From Candidatus Bruticola sp. (GTDB lineage: Bacteria; Vulcanimicrobiota; Xenobia; Xenobiales; Xenobiaceae), in the NCBI GenBank assembly GCA_051874735.1, contig JBJEGD010000022.1, forward strand, positions 64,000 through 127,999: 64,000 nucleotides of DNA, written 5' to 3'. The notes beneath the pieces are model-generated. The model saw only the letters and a program-made list of their open reading frames with translations, was not told where the DNA came from and did not search any database. The translations under genes and the position numbers were made by a program. The stretch's first letter is position 1. Each line of letters opens with the position of its first letter. This document shows positions 54,412 through 64,000 of the stretch, piece after piece.

Positions 54412-57400
54412 CTAAATAGAACCGCCTCTGTTTCTAAATAATTTAAACCCGTTACGACGCGGAGAATCTATCCCTGTGTCGATGCTCTCTCCTTTAACCT
54501 GCTTCGCTAAAATTTCTGACCACTCTTTGCGCTCGCGTTCATAAAGCTGCTGTTGTTCAAAAAGCGATTGCTTTACGCGCTCTAATTCTTCACGCAGACG
54601 AGCCCGATCTTGGTGAGATTCTTCTATCAGACGATCTTTCTCAGCATTATCTGCTTCAAAATTGGCGATAGTTTCAAGCATCTCTGCAGATTGCTTGTGT
54701 AAATCAGCAGGATTATTGCGCACCGAAAGTTCATAGCGCAAAGCATCATTCTCAGATTTAATTGTCCGCAACTGTGCTAGAACTTCCTCAAGCTCTGAAC
54801 TGCCGCCATCAGCTTCAGCTCCACGCTCTTCGTACTCTTTTAACTTGTCTTTAGTTTCATTAAGCTCTAAAGTCACAGCCTCAAGACGATCCTGCAACTC
54901 CACAATCTTAGCAGACTCGTAACTGTCTCCCAATTCGTGATTTTCCTCAATTTCGGCCTGCAAGGCTTCATTTTTAGCCTGCAGCGTGTTAATACGCCTC
55001 AAGAGACGAACCTTTTCACTTTCCATTCTGGACGAAGCTTCCATCATGGCTTTGTCTTTGGCCGCCAGACTTTCAGCCTGCTGAGCCAGCTCTATAGAGG
55101 CAGCTTCTGCTTTAGCTCGAGCAGACTCTAGCTCACCCTGCATCACTTCTAGAGCCTGTTGACTCTCTTCCTGGGCTTTGGCTAAAAGATCCTCAGTTTC
55201 TCTCTGAGCCAAACTTAACTGTTCCCGAAGTTCTTCCCTGGCGGCCTCAGCTTCTTCAGTTTTTACCTGCTGAGCTTCAAAATCTTTTTCAGCTTCTTCT
55301 AAACGAATCTCAGCTTCTTTGAGCTTAGCTAAAGCATCGGAAGCCTCTTTGTGAGCCTCAGCAGCCATATTTTCCAATTCTGCAGACTGCGCTCTAGTTG
55401 ATCTGACTACCGTCTGCAGCTGCAAAAGTTCAGCCTTAGCATCTTTAGCTTCTTCATCTTTTTGTTTATAAGCTTCGGAAAGGTCGTCGTAAGCTTCATT
55501 TGACTGAGCCAGCTGAGTGCGAACCTCTTCTGCTTCTTTTTGGGCCTCTACAAGCAGAGATTTTATTTCGTTCAGCTCATTAGACGAGACTGCGTAATCT
55601 TCAACGGTCTTATCAAGCTGAGCAGACAGCTCCTCAATACGAACCTCAAACTCCTGCAGAGCTTCTTCTCTACTTTTCAACTCTGCCTGCAAGGCTGCCG
55701 ACTCAGCAGCACTTCCAGACTCACCTTCCTGTATTTTCAAGAGAGTAGTTTTAAGTTCGTCATCGGCAATTTGCAATTTACTGAGCAGATCTTTATTCTG
55801 CTTCTGTAGTCCCATATACTCTTCTTGAAGCTTACTGAAAGCTTCATCGGAACCGCTAGCTGTATTCTGCAGATTACGACATGTCTCTCGCAATTTTGCC
55901 AATTCAGCTAAATCTTCTTGGGCCTTAGCATTGTCAGCCTCTAAAATCTCAAGTTCATCTTTAAGAGAACGATTTTCCTGCTGTAAATTGCCAACTAAAA
56001 CCTGAAAAGTAGATGATTCCTCTTCACAAGCCTCGTACTTGGCTTCGCAATCGCCGTAATTTTTTTCTAAATCGGCATATTTTTTAGCCAGATCGCGCTT
56101 AGATGCACTTAGCTCATCAATATGACTGACAATTTTTTCCATAAAATCGCCAACTTCAAGACCGTAAGCATCAAGAGGAGCCCTCAATACTTCCAAACGG
56201 TTCAAAATATCGTCTACACCAGCTCCAGCCTCACGAACTTTAGAATGTTCCTTAACCATGCGTTCATGTTCCGCACGCAAATTATTGTACTTTTGCGTCA
56301 GCAAATCGTACTTTTTCTGCAAACTGCTTAAGCCGACGCTACTAGATGAAGGATCGTACTTGGCGGCTAATCTGTCTACTGACGCTCTTATATCTTTCAA
56401 ACCATCAATAATTTCCCGAGAAGGCACAGACGCAGTCTTTTCACTTTGAAAGTGTTCAGCGCAGAAAGTACGCAAAGAGGCAAAATTTTGCTGTAAAACT
56501 TTCGTAAGTTTTTCTTCAAACAAAAGCAGAGAATTGCCGCTTGACTCAGCAGGAGTTGACATCTGCCCCTGCACTTGGGTAAGTTTCTCTTCTATGCGGG
56601 CTAAAACTTTATCGGAAGCATGGCCTACAGGCGCAGGTAATGCTGTGACGCGCCTAGCTTCCTCACGCGATTCGTTAAACAACTTGATCAGCCTAGCCTG
56701 CGCCCTCGCTAATGGCTCTACAGTGCGTTCTATAGCGTGCTCAAGCTGAGAATCGCTAATAAGTGTTCTGCTGCTTTCAGTATTTGCACCGTCAGAATTT
56801 AAAGAAGCAGTCTGATTACTATATGACAAGCTGTCCCCAGAAGAACTGGATCGCAGAGGAAGCTCCATTTCCAAATAGCGAAGCTGTGATTCGTATTCAT
56901 CGAGCTCGCGATCGTAAAAGGAAGAATAATCTAAAGCTGGAGCCGTTCCCATCAAATTTTCAAAAGTAATAGGCGCAGAAATACTGACAGTGGCGTCTCC
57001 ATCAATTGGTTCATCAGATGCACTTACGACGCTAGCAGCAGTTCTATTGCTACGCTCAAGCTTAGCAGAAGAATTACCCATATCTGAAGGAGAAGAAGGA
57101 GATGCTGTAGGTTCAAATTCATTGGCTTCTTCCGCAACAGATTCAGGTTCTGAATCGGGATATCCGTAATAACTGGCTGGATCATCAGCGTTATTTTTGG
57201 CATCCCCTCCGATATATCCGCTTAAGGATGAATCTACAGATCCGCCCTTTCGCTCGTCGCTGTCGAGCCTCTTACTATTGTCATCATTTTCACCATATTC
57301 AGCCAAAAGACGCTGCACTTCATGATGGCGCAAAACTACATCGCCGGCACGGCGGGAAGCCGAAGCCTTTCCCTCAGTTATCCATTCCCGGATAACATCA

Positions 57401-57453
57401 GCTGGAACATTTATTAATTCAGAAACTTCTTCGATAGTGTAGAACTTAGACAT
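54412..57453 (-). CDS. Excisionase/MerR-like HTH protein with acidic linker and ~600-aa coiled coil
   Basis: N-terminal FYTIEEVSELINVPADVIREWITEGK (HTH_17-like), Ser/Asp/Pro-rich linker, long Glu/Ala/Lys/Leu heptad region, C-terminal RRNGFKLFRN. Confidence 0.8.
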   Translation of the reverse strand: MSKFYTIEEVSELINVPADVIREWITEGKASASRRAGDVVLRHHEVQRLLAEYGENDDNSKRLDSDERKGGSVDSSLSGYIGGDAKNNADDPASYYGYPDSEPESVAEEANEFEPTASPSSPSDMGNSSAKLERSNRTAASVVSASDEPIDGDATVSISAPITFENLMGTAPALDYSSFYDRELDEYESQLRYLEMELPLRSSSSGDSLSYSNQTASLNSDGANTESSRTLISDSQLEHAIERTVEPLARAQARLIKLFNESREEARRVTALPAPVGHASDKVLARIEEKLTQVQGQMSTPAESSGNSLLLFEEKLTKVLQQNFASLRTFCAEHFQSEKTASVPSREIIDGLKDIRASVDRLAAKYDPSSSSVGLSSLQKKYDLLTQKYNNLRAEHERMVKEHSKVREAGAGVDDILNRLEVLRAPLDAYGLEVGDFMEKIVSHIDELSASKRDLAKKYADLEKNYGDCEAKYEACEEESSTFQVLVGNLQQENRSLKDELEILEADNAKAQEDLAELAKLRETCRNLQNTASGSDEAFSKLQEEYMGLQKQNKDLLSKLQIADDELKTTLLKIQEGESGSAAESAALQAELKSREEALQEFEVRIEELSAQLDKTVEDYAVSSNELNEIKSLLVEAQKEAEEVRTQLAQSNEAYDDLSEAYKQKDEEAKDAKAELLQLQTVVRSTRAQSAELENMAAEAHKEASDALAKLKEAEIRLEEAEKDFEAQQVKTEEAEAAREELREQLSLAQRETEDLLAKAQEESQQALEVMQGELESARAKAEAASIELAQQAESLAAKDKAMMEASSRMESEKVRLLRRINTLQAKNEALQAEIEENHELGDSYESAKIVELQDRLEAVTLELNETKDKLKEYEERGAEADGGSSELEEVLAQLRTIKSENDALRYELSVRNNPADLHKQSAEMLETIANFEADNAEKDRLIEESHQDRARLREELERVKQSLFEQQQLYERERKEWSEILAKQVKGESIDTGIDSPRRNGFKLFRNRGGSI

Positions 57454-57614
57454 TGTGTGAGGGATTCGAGACTGTCTCCTCTTTTCCTATGCAAGGAGAT
57501 TTGCACTAAATAAGGAACTTCGAGAGCTGATCTGATATTAACTAATTTACTATAGAGAAATGATCTGCGGCTGCGCCGCGCTATTTTTTATTATAAGTTT
57601 GAGGCCTAAACAAC

Positions 57615-58439
57615 ATGAAATGTAAGTTCTCAACATTTATCCTCGTTGCCTTACTCGGAGCTATAGCCCTTTTTACTTCTGCTTGTAGCAAGAATTCCGC
57701 CCCTAAATCTATACCCACTATTGTTGAAAATAGCAGCTTCAAAATGTCTTCTCCAGCTGCCGATCGGTACAAAAACGTTGAAGGGACAGCGCTTTACAGT
57801 GCCGCACCAGAAATAACTGAGCGCCTGGCTGCTTTAGGAGGGCAGGCTCCGCCCAACATTAAGGCTTTTTTTATTTTACTTAATTCCAAAACTCCCTCAG
57901 AGGCTATTTTAGTACAGGCGCCTTCCGATGTTCCTGAAGAAGCTTACAAAAGTCAAACCAGCAGCGTTGTAGTCGTCACTGGAAATGTAAAAGCCATAAA
58001 CTGTCCTTCCTTAGCTAGTTATCTCAAAGAATCTCTGGGAGTAGATCTGGCTCTCACCGCTTCTGGAGAACTGGCTTACATTGAAGCTGAAACTCCTATC
58101 AACTTTAATCTGCCTGGAGCGAATCAAAAATCCCCAAAAACTAGTAAAACGGTCAACCTGCCAATAGATGGTACGCCATTTTCCAAACCTAAAGATGAGT
58201 CTATAAAAACTGATATAGTTTCTGAAGACGAACTTTCTTCCAATACAAACTCTGCCACACAGGAAGATGCTATTTCTAGTGCTGCTTCAAATGCTCAGAA
58301 TGTCTCCGACATTTCAGATCCTATCCAAGACAGCTCAGCGTCAGCAGATGGTAGCGAAATTCCTGAAGCTTTACCTACTCCTCATTATCAAGAGACTGCA
58401 CCTGAAGACGGCTCTGTTCCCCCTACCCCGGCTATATAA
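57615..58439 (+). CDS. Putative lipoprotein with acidic disordered tail
   Basis: MKCK, hydrophobic stretch, FTSA|C lipobox-like motif. Confidence 0.7.
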   Translation: MKCKFSTFILVALLGAIALFTSACSKNSAPKSIPTIVENSSFKMSSPAADRYKNVEGTALYSAAPEITERLAALGGQAPPNIKAFFILLNSKTPSEAILVQAPSDVPEEAYKSQTSSVVVVTGNVKAINCPSLASYLKESLGVDLALTASGELAYIEAETPINFNLPGANQKSPKTSKTVNLPIDGTPFSKPKDESIKTDIVSEDELSSNTNSATQEDAISSAASNAQNVSDISDPIQDSSASADGSEIPEALPTPHYQETAPEDGSVPPTPAI

Positions 58440-58449
58440 AGAATTTTTT

Positions 58450-58483
58450 CGGGAACGTTAAGGTTATTAACGCTCCCGTTTTT
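58450..58483 (+). terminator. Probable terminator/attenuator between the lipoprotein and FHIPEP genes
   Basis: cgggaacgttaa / ttaacgctcccg followed by a T tract. Confidence 0.6.
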
Positions 58484-58510
58484 ATTATTTTCAGGAGTTG
58501 TAAACTTACT

Positions 58511-59986
58511 ATGCCTCTTCCTCAAATAAATGAAACTAAAAACGAAATAAAACTATTTTCACTAGCCAACTACACTGCCGATTTTATACCTTGGAAACGC
58601 AGCGAAAGGGGACAGCAAGTATACATAAAAGTTACCCGAGACCAGGAAGATGCTTTCCTTTACGTTGGTGAAAATTGTGTTCTGGACGCCGAATTACAGC
58701 AGGCTCTAATTCGTTTAGTCAATGAAGGCTGGAACGTAGCCGGAGAATTGACCATGTCATTTGAGGGATCAGCCGAGCCAGGCATTGATCCTTATGTTTA
58801 TCAGGATCCTGTAGTTTTAGAGCTCGGCAAAGGATTGTTGCCATTACTCGATCCCCAACAAAGTGCCCCTTTAGTATCAGCTATGCCAGGGTTGCGAGAC
58901 GAAATTGCCAGGGAATCAGGATTAGTTCCCGCCGGCGTGCGTATCAAAGATAACCTGCGCTTAGAGCCATGCCGATACAACATTTTATTGCACAACTCTC
59001 CAATTGCTTCGGGAGAAATATATTTAGATCGCTTTTTAGCCATAGGTTCATTTGAGCAACTCTCTACTTTAGAAGGATGGGCTGCCGTAGAACCGACTTA
59101 CCGCATGAAGGCTAAATGGATTGAAGCAAATTTGCGAGATAAAGCAGAACAAGTCGGATGCTTGCTAGTCGGTCCCCTTCAAGTGCTGCTTACCCATCTT
59201 AAAAGCATTATGCTTGAATCTGCTCCTGAGCTTCTAGGATTACAAGATACCTTCAATTTAATTTCGCGCTTACAAATTACTCATCCTATTGTGGTAAACG
59301 AATTTCTCAAAGACAACTTAAAGCTCCGTATTTTGCGCCGCGTTTTGCAGTCTCTACTGCGTGAACGCATTGCTTTGAACAATATGGTAACTATATTAGA
59401 AACTATAGGAGATGGACTGATAGTTCAGATAGACTTACGGGAAGCAGTTATAGAGCATCTGGCAGAGAACTGCAGATTATCTTTAGCTAGGCAGATTTGT
59501 TGGTCTAATTTAACTCCCAACGGCGAATTACAAGCGGCCATAACCGGCGATAAACTGGAAGCCGACCTACATAAACTAAAACAATTACAACACAGTGAGA
59601 AAAAAGATGAGGCTGCCAAACTTTTGACGGATCGTATTATTACCTGTGTCAAAGATAAACTTCAAGCTGCAGGCAATCCTAATGTTATAATTACAGCCCC
59701 AGAACTGCGCCGCTTTTTCTCAAATTTAATACAAAGTGACATTCCTCATATGTGTGTCTTGTCAACTCGTGAAGTTGAAAAGAGCCGGGTAAAAATGATT
59801 ATTAATGGCACACTTGAATATAAAAAAGACGATCAGATATCACCCGTAGATGAGAATGAACATAAATCGGAAACTGGAGAACTTGAAGAAAATAAAGCAA
59901 TACCTGTAAAAAATGAAGAAAGTAATCCTTCTAGCAGCGAAGGTATCTTAAGCAGTATATTTAAAAAACCGAGTAAGAAAAAGTAA
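58511..59986 (+). CDS. FHIPEP-family (FlhA/SctV) cytoplasmic-domain-only protein
   Basis: DPVVLELGKGLLPLLD, R.EIARESGLV..GVRIKDNL.L....Y.I, EPTY....WI, VLLTHL, ELLG.QD, VLQSLLRERI.LNNM.TILE, LAE..R..LARQI, VLS..EV; no N-terminal TM bundle. Confidence 0.85.
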   Translation: MPLPQINETKNEIKLFSLANYTADFIPWKRSERGQQVYIKVTRDQEDAFLYVGENCVLDAELQQALIRLVNEGWNVAGELTMSFEGSAEPGIDPYVYQDPVVLELGKGLLPLLDPQQSAPLVSAMPGLRDEIARESGLVPAGVRIKDNLRLEPCRYNILLHNSPIASGEIYLDRFLAIGSFEQLSTLEGWAAVEPTYRMKAKWIEANLRDKAEQVGCLLVGPLQVLLTHLKSIMLESAPELLGLQDTFNLISRLQITHPIVVNEFLKDNLKLRILRRVLQSLLRERIALNNMVTILETIGDGLIVQIDLREAVIEHLAENCRLSLARQICWSNLTPNGELQAAITGDKLEADLHKLKQLQHSEKKDEAAKLLTDRIITCVKDKLQAAGNPNVIITAPELRRFFSNLIQSDIPHMCVLSTREVEKSRVKMIINGTLEYKKDDQISPVDENEHKSETGELEENKAIPVKNEESNPSSSEGILSSIFKKPSKKK

Positions 59987-61078
59987 ATGAGTTTGGTTAT
60001 AATTTACGCGTTGGCTCATGCTCTGCTAGACTTTGCTTGCTCTTTTGCCTATTTCGCTAACGCATCTCCCAACTTTGCTAACTGGGAGATGCTCGCGCTT
60101 ATTTATAATTTTTGCGCTTTTGGGCTGCAGGCTCCCCTAGGTCTTTTAGCTGACAAACTAAACCACAACGCAGTTTTGGCTATATTCGGATGCTTAATGG
60201 CCGCTGTAGGATGCGGTTTTGCCACACATCCTCTGGCTTTAGTTATCTTATCGGGCTTGGGGAGCGCTCTTTTTTATGCAGGCTGCGGAGCGGAAATGCT
60301 CAATCATAGTCAAAGCAAATCTGTACCACTCAGTGTATTTCTTGCTTCTGGTGGAGTAGGCTGGTATTTTGGCACAGCAGCAGGCTGCGGACAGCCAACA
60401 GAGTCCACAGTTTGGCCTATTATAGCCGTTCTCACCTCTCTGACTCTTATTGCTGTATTTCAATACAGTAAAGATCCCAGTTTTAAATCAGACAATACAG
60501 TTTTAAAACCCTGTAGCTTCGGAAAGCTGACAACACTGGCTATCGCGCTGCTAATTGGCTCTATGATAGTGCGTTCTTATTTAGTATGCGGATTAGACTC
60601 TTTTGGGCCTAAAGATTATACCTGGGCAATTATGCTGACAATTGCCTTGGGACAAATCGCAGGCAGTTTTATCAGCGATAAATTCGGTTTAATGAAAACG
60701 GCCTCTTTATCATTGCTCGTCTCAGCAGGACTGTTTATCTGTTCAAGCTATACTTTGACAGGATACTTGGCTATTTTTGCTCTCTCTATGAGCTGTCCCT
60801 TAACTTTTTGGACTTTAGCCAAAATTATGCCTGACAAACGCGGGTTCAGTTTCGGATTATTGGGAGGAGCAATGTTCTTAGGCTTTTTGCCTTTAGACTG
60901 GCATTTTTACCCTATTGCTATATCTAACAACGGTTTTGCCCTATGCGTTTTTCTAATTCTGATAAGTCTTTATACAGGATTGCGGATCGCTTATGATATA
61001 GTTAAGCCTATTGATCAAAGTTCGCCTAAAGATATACGTTCGGCTATGATGAGTGATCATACTATAATCTTAAAATAA
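59987..61078 (+). CDS. MFS-like multi-pass membrane protein
   Basis: About 11-12 hydrophobic helices, HALLD, GLLADK, G.FISDKFG; starts immediately after the upstream stop codon. Confidence 0.7.
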   Translation: MSLVIIYALAHALLDFACSFAYFANASPNFANWEMLALIYNFCAFGLQAPLGLLADKLNHNAVLAIFGCLMAAVGCGFATHPLALVILSGLGSALFYAGCGAEMLNHSQSKSVPLSVFLASGGVGWYFGTAAGCGQPTESTVWPIIAVLTSLTLIAVFQYSKDPSFKSDNTVLKPCSFGKLTTLAIALLIGSMIVRSYLVCGLDSFGPKDYTWAIMLTIALGQIAGSFISDKFGLMKTASLSLLVSAGLFICSSYTLTGYLAIFALSMSCPLTFWTLAKIMPDKRGFSFGLLGGAMFLGFLPLDWHFYPIAISNNGFALCVFLILISLYTGLRIAYDIVKPIDQSSPKDIRSAMMSDHTIILK

Positions 61079-61120
61079 CTATTTTTATTCATTATAAATT
61101 TCACTTAAAAACCCAAAAAT

Positions 61121-61156
61121 AAGGTCTGCTGATTTTAAATAAAATCGGCAGACCTT
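61121..61156. terminator. Hairpin between convergent genes (probable bidirectional terminator)
   Basis: aaggtctgctgatttta / taaaatcggcagacctt. Confidence 0.75.
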
Positions 61157-61198
61157 TAATTTTATGAGCCTGAAAAACTGAAATAATCAGCAGACTGT

Positions 61199-62434
61199 CT
61201 ATTTCGCTTCCATGCACATAACGGCGTCACGGGCGATCATCAGCTCTTCATTAGTGGGAATAACCCAGATTTTCTTATCAGAGTTCGACTGAGAAATTTC
61301 GCCAGCACTTCCGCGCTTTAAAGACTCATTCTTATCTGTGTCTATATTTAAACCAAGGCAGCTTAAACCTGCACAGGTCATAGCCCGAACAACAGGAGAA
61401 TTCTGACCGATACCGCCTGTAAATACAATGGCGTCTGCTCCACCCATTTCGGCGAAGTAAGCACCAATATATTTCACCAAACGCAAACAGAACATGTCTA
61501 AAGCCAGCTTAGCTCTTTGATTACCAGACGCAGCAGCTTCTTCTATGTCGCGCATATCAGATGATAAGCCAGAAATGCCCAACAGCCCAGATTTTTTATT
61601 CATGAGAGTATCAACCTGAGTCGGCGTCAGATTTTCTTTTTCCATAATAAAAGGCAAAACTGATGCATCCAAATCGCCACAGCGAGTACCCATCAGCAAA
61701 CCTTCCAAAGGAGTAAATCCCATAGAAGTATCGACACACTTGCCACCTTTAACTGCAGCTACAGAGCTGCCATTTCCCAAGTGCAACGAAATTATATTTA
61801 CCTTATCTAAGGGAGTGTTGGTCAGCTCAGCATATTTGTGGGTAATATAACGGTGAGAAGTCCCGTGGAATCCGTAACGACGGATCTTATATTTTTCGTA
61901 ATATTCATAAGGAAGTCCATAAAGGAACACCTTAGGCTCCATTGTCGAATGGAAGGAGGTATCGAAAACAGCCGTCTGCGGAATATCTTTCCCTAAAATT
62001 TCACGGCAAGCCAACATGCCTTTATACTGGGCCATCTGATGCAGAGGGCCTAAGCAAGCTAATCCTAAAATTCCTTGCAAAACTTCGTCGTCAATTAAGA
62101 CAGACTTATTAAAAAGCTCACCGCTATGCAGCACACGATGGCCTACGGCATCTATATCCTGCAAACCGGTTACACCTTCAATACCAGCTTTTCCAGAACG
62201 GATCCAATCAAATATAGCAATAATGGCTTCACGATGATCTTGGAGAGAACGAACGCCCTTTATGCCATCAGTACCTGTAGCTTTCATAGAGTACAGAGCC
62301 TCTGAAGAGCCAATTTTCTCACAATTACCAGACGCCAAACAACGCTCCGTGCCGTTCTTCATCATTTCCAAATCAGTCTGGATAATTTGGAATTTAACAG
62401 TAGAAGAACCACAGTTCAAAACTAAAATATTCAT
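61199..62434 (-). CDS. ackA: Acetate kinase
   Basis: ILVLNCGSSTVK, GHRV, VFDTSFH, RRYGFHGTSH, HLGNGSS, DTSMGFTPLEGL, FTGGIG, TNEELMIA. Confidence 0.96.
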   Translation of the reverse strand: MNILVLNCGSSTVKFQIIQTDLEMMKNGTERCLASGNCEKIGSSEALYSMKATGTDGIKGVRSLQDHREAIIAIFDWIRSGKAGIEGVTGLQDIDAVGHRVLHSGELFNKSVLIDDEVLQGILGLACLGPLHQMAQYKGMLACREILGKDIPQTAVFDTSFHSTMEPKVFLYGLPYEYYEKYKIRRYGFHGTSHRYITHKYAELTNTPLDKVNIISLHLGNGSSVAAVKGGKCVDTSMGFTPLEGLLMGTRCGDLDASVLPFIMEKENLTPTQVDTLMNKKSGLLGISGLSSDMRDIEEAAASGNQRAKLALDMFCLRLVKYIGAYFAEMGGADAIVFTGGIGQNSPVVRAMTCAGLSCLGLNIDTDKNESLKRGSAGEISQSNSDKKIWVIPTNEELMIARDAVMCMEAK

Positions 62435-62510
62435 GCCGCCGGGATTCTTGCCAATTAAGGCGAAATCCTATATTGAAGAAACTTTTATATTTATATCCAA
62501 ACTAAAAAAT

Positions 62511-63563
62511 ATGCAAAAAATTCTTATAGTTCATACTGGCGGCGGCTTGGGCGACGTCCTTCTCTCTACAGCAGTTATAGAAGCATTAAAATTTAATTAT
62601 CCAGAAGCAGAAATAGACTTTTTAGTCAGATCTTCTAATTCAGCAGCTTTGAAAGGAAATCCATTAATAGCAAATATCTTGACATTGAATAGCGCCCGAC
62701 TCAGCTGGACAGAAGTAATAAAGTGGGCTAAAAAGCTGCGAGCCAGATCTTATGACGCCTCAATAATTTTATGGAGCAACGCTCCTTTAGCTTTTATGCT
62801 CTACTTCGCAGGCATTCCTATAAGAGTAGGACAAGATTCCCGCTTAACCTACTCCTGGACTTATACCCATCCGGTTAGGGTGCGTTCGGAACATGGAGAC
62901 TGTAGCACTCACTGGTGTGAAATTATGCTCGACTTTGTCAGAGCTCTGCACCTTCCCGTACCGCCAGTTAAACCGCGTTTTGTTATTTCAGATCGGGCTA
63001 AAGAAAAAGCTAATCACCTTTTACAAGCGCTCCCACCAGGCCAAGGACCTATTATAGGTATACACCCAAGCAAAGGCATAAGCAATCCAGACAAACGATG
63101 GCCTATATCAGTCTTTGCCTCATGGATTAAAGGCTTGTATAATGAGTTACAGGCACGTATATTCCTTACAGGAGGACCTCAGGAAGTAAACCTAACCTCT
63201 AAAATTATCGCTGAAGCTGATGTACCATGCTTAAATTTGGCAGGTCAAACGGATACAGAAGTGCTAGCAGCGGTGGCTCAACATTGCCAGTTATTCATTT
63301 GCCCAGACTCAGGCCCGGCCCATTTAGCAGCCATAAGTGGCGTAACTGTACTAGATATATTTGCTCTAAAAGAAGATTTTCCCCAACGATGGAGAGCTCC
63401 CGGTCCACATACGACAATTCTCGTACCGAAACAGTGGGAGTGCCAACGAGTCTGCCGAAAAAATCAGTGTCCAGATTTTCAATGTTATACACAAATAGAC
63501 AGCAAATTAATATGCTCCATAGCAAAAAATTTATTATCTCGTACAGAAAAAGAACATGAATGA
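62511..63563 (+). CDS. Glycosyltransferase family 9 (LPS heptosyltransferase-like)
   Basis: KILIV...GLGDVLL, P.AEID, HP......KRWP, NLAGQT, DSGPAHLA. ATG at 62511 is preferred because the track's longer ORF overlaps ackA. Confidence 0.88.
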   Translation: MQKILIVHTGGGLGDVLLSTAVIEALKFNYPEAEIDFLVRSSNSAALKGNPLIANILTLNSARLSWTEVIKWAKKLRARSYDASIILWSNAPLAFMLYFAGIPIRVGQDSRLTYSWTYTHPVRVRSEHGDCSTHWCEIMLDFVRALHLPVPPVKPRFVISDRAKEKANHLLQALPPGQGPIIGIHPSKGISNPDKRWPISVFASWIKGLYNELQARIFLTGGPQEVNLTSKIIAEADVPCLNLAGQTDTEVLAAVAQHCQLFICPDSGPAHLAAISGVTVLDIFALKEDFPQRWRAPGPHTTILVPKQWECQRVCRKNQCPDFQCYTQIDSKLICSIAKNLLSRTEKEHE

Positions 63564-63867
63564 GCGTTGGACACGCCCGCAGCTTTCATTAAATGCTGAA
63601 AAAAACGGGAAAAACAGAGATGGTATATTCGGCTGCTCAGTTACTGCCGCCTTGCTAGCTATCTGTGGACTAGATATGATAGCCAATAATCTTCTTAAAG
63701 TGCCTACCTTACTCTGTTTTCTTATCTTGATAAGTACATTTTTTATTGTTTTTCTTAAAGAGCGATCCGATAAAAAGCCACACAGCTGGCTCGTTAACAT
63801 TATAAAAGCAGCTAAAGCCATAGGAATAAGTATTTTTTGGATACTCTTAATTAACAAACTATTTTAA
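63556..63867 (+). CDS. Small hypothetical membrane protein (about 3 TM)
   Basis: Overlaps the GT9 stop; three hydrophobic segments. Confidence 0.55.
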   Translation: MNERWTRPQLSLNAEKNGKNRDGIFGCSVTAALLAICGLDMIANNLLKVPTLLCFLILISTFFIVFLKERSDKKPHSWLVNIIKAAKAIGISIFWILLINKLF

Positions 63868-64000
63868 ACTGTAAGGAGACATTCTAGCTGGTATATTTTT
63901 ATCTTATTAGGAGGCAGAAGCACATAAAAAAAACGCCCTGCTTTGTTAACAGAACGTTCTTTTTTTATTGAAAAACTTTTGAACAGCAACTTCTAAACCA

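Noticed and set aside
54412-57453. SMC/SbcC ATPase or prophage excisionase
   Set aside because: No Walker A/B or hinge motifs, and no integrase or phage genes in the window.
62262-62510. 83-aa N-terminal extension of GT9 in the ORF track
   Set aside because: It overlaps ackA on the opposite strand, and GT9 homology starts at MQKILIV (62511).
152-63857. Numerous 60-150-aa ORFs overlapping the called genes
   Set aside because: They are antisense or alternate-frame shadows of well-supported genes, with no recognisable motifs.

Overview
A 64-kb, gene-dense stretch of bacterial chromosome with moderate GC and AT-rich spacers. I saw no rRNA, tRNA, CRISPR array, transposase or prophage. It opens with the 5' end of a dcw cluster on the minus strand (an unknown 80-aa ORF in the mraZ position, rsmH, ftsL-like, ftsI, partial murE). 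Divergent from that is a 9.3-kb six-gene operon: FAD oxidoreductase, DegT-type PLP aminotransferase with a Pro-rich 4x21-aa repeat tail, two SPASM/Twitch-type radical SAM enzymes and two cobalamin-binding radical SAM enzymes. Next come a zinc-ribbon protein, sua5/tsaC, DUF2760-like + Hsp70, DegT + heparinase II/III-like, and an unexplained four-gene minus-strand cassette (Ala/Gln-rich helical protein, two zinc-ribbon paralogues, CHAP hydrolase). The rest holds dnaG-rpoD with downstream genes, rluB, yjbQ, a Fic protein, mutL, a minor-pilin/PilC operon flanked by atypical receiver proteins, a POT transporter, a 1013-aa HTH-coiled-coil protein, an FlhA/SctV cytoplasmic-domain-only protein, ackA and a GT9 heptosyltransferase. 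A Firmicutes-like RpoD together with an LPS-type GT9 suggests a diderm Terrabacteria lineage, possibly Eremiobacterota/Vulcanimicrobiota; this is inference and was not tested. The best candidates for an undescribed system are (1) the four-radical-SAM operon with its enzyme-fused repeat peptide, (2) the zinc-ribbon/CHAP cassette, and (3) the soluble FlhA-like and HTH-coiled-coil proteins. All product calls rest on motif recognition by eye; no searches were run.
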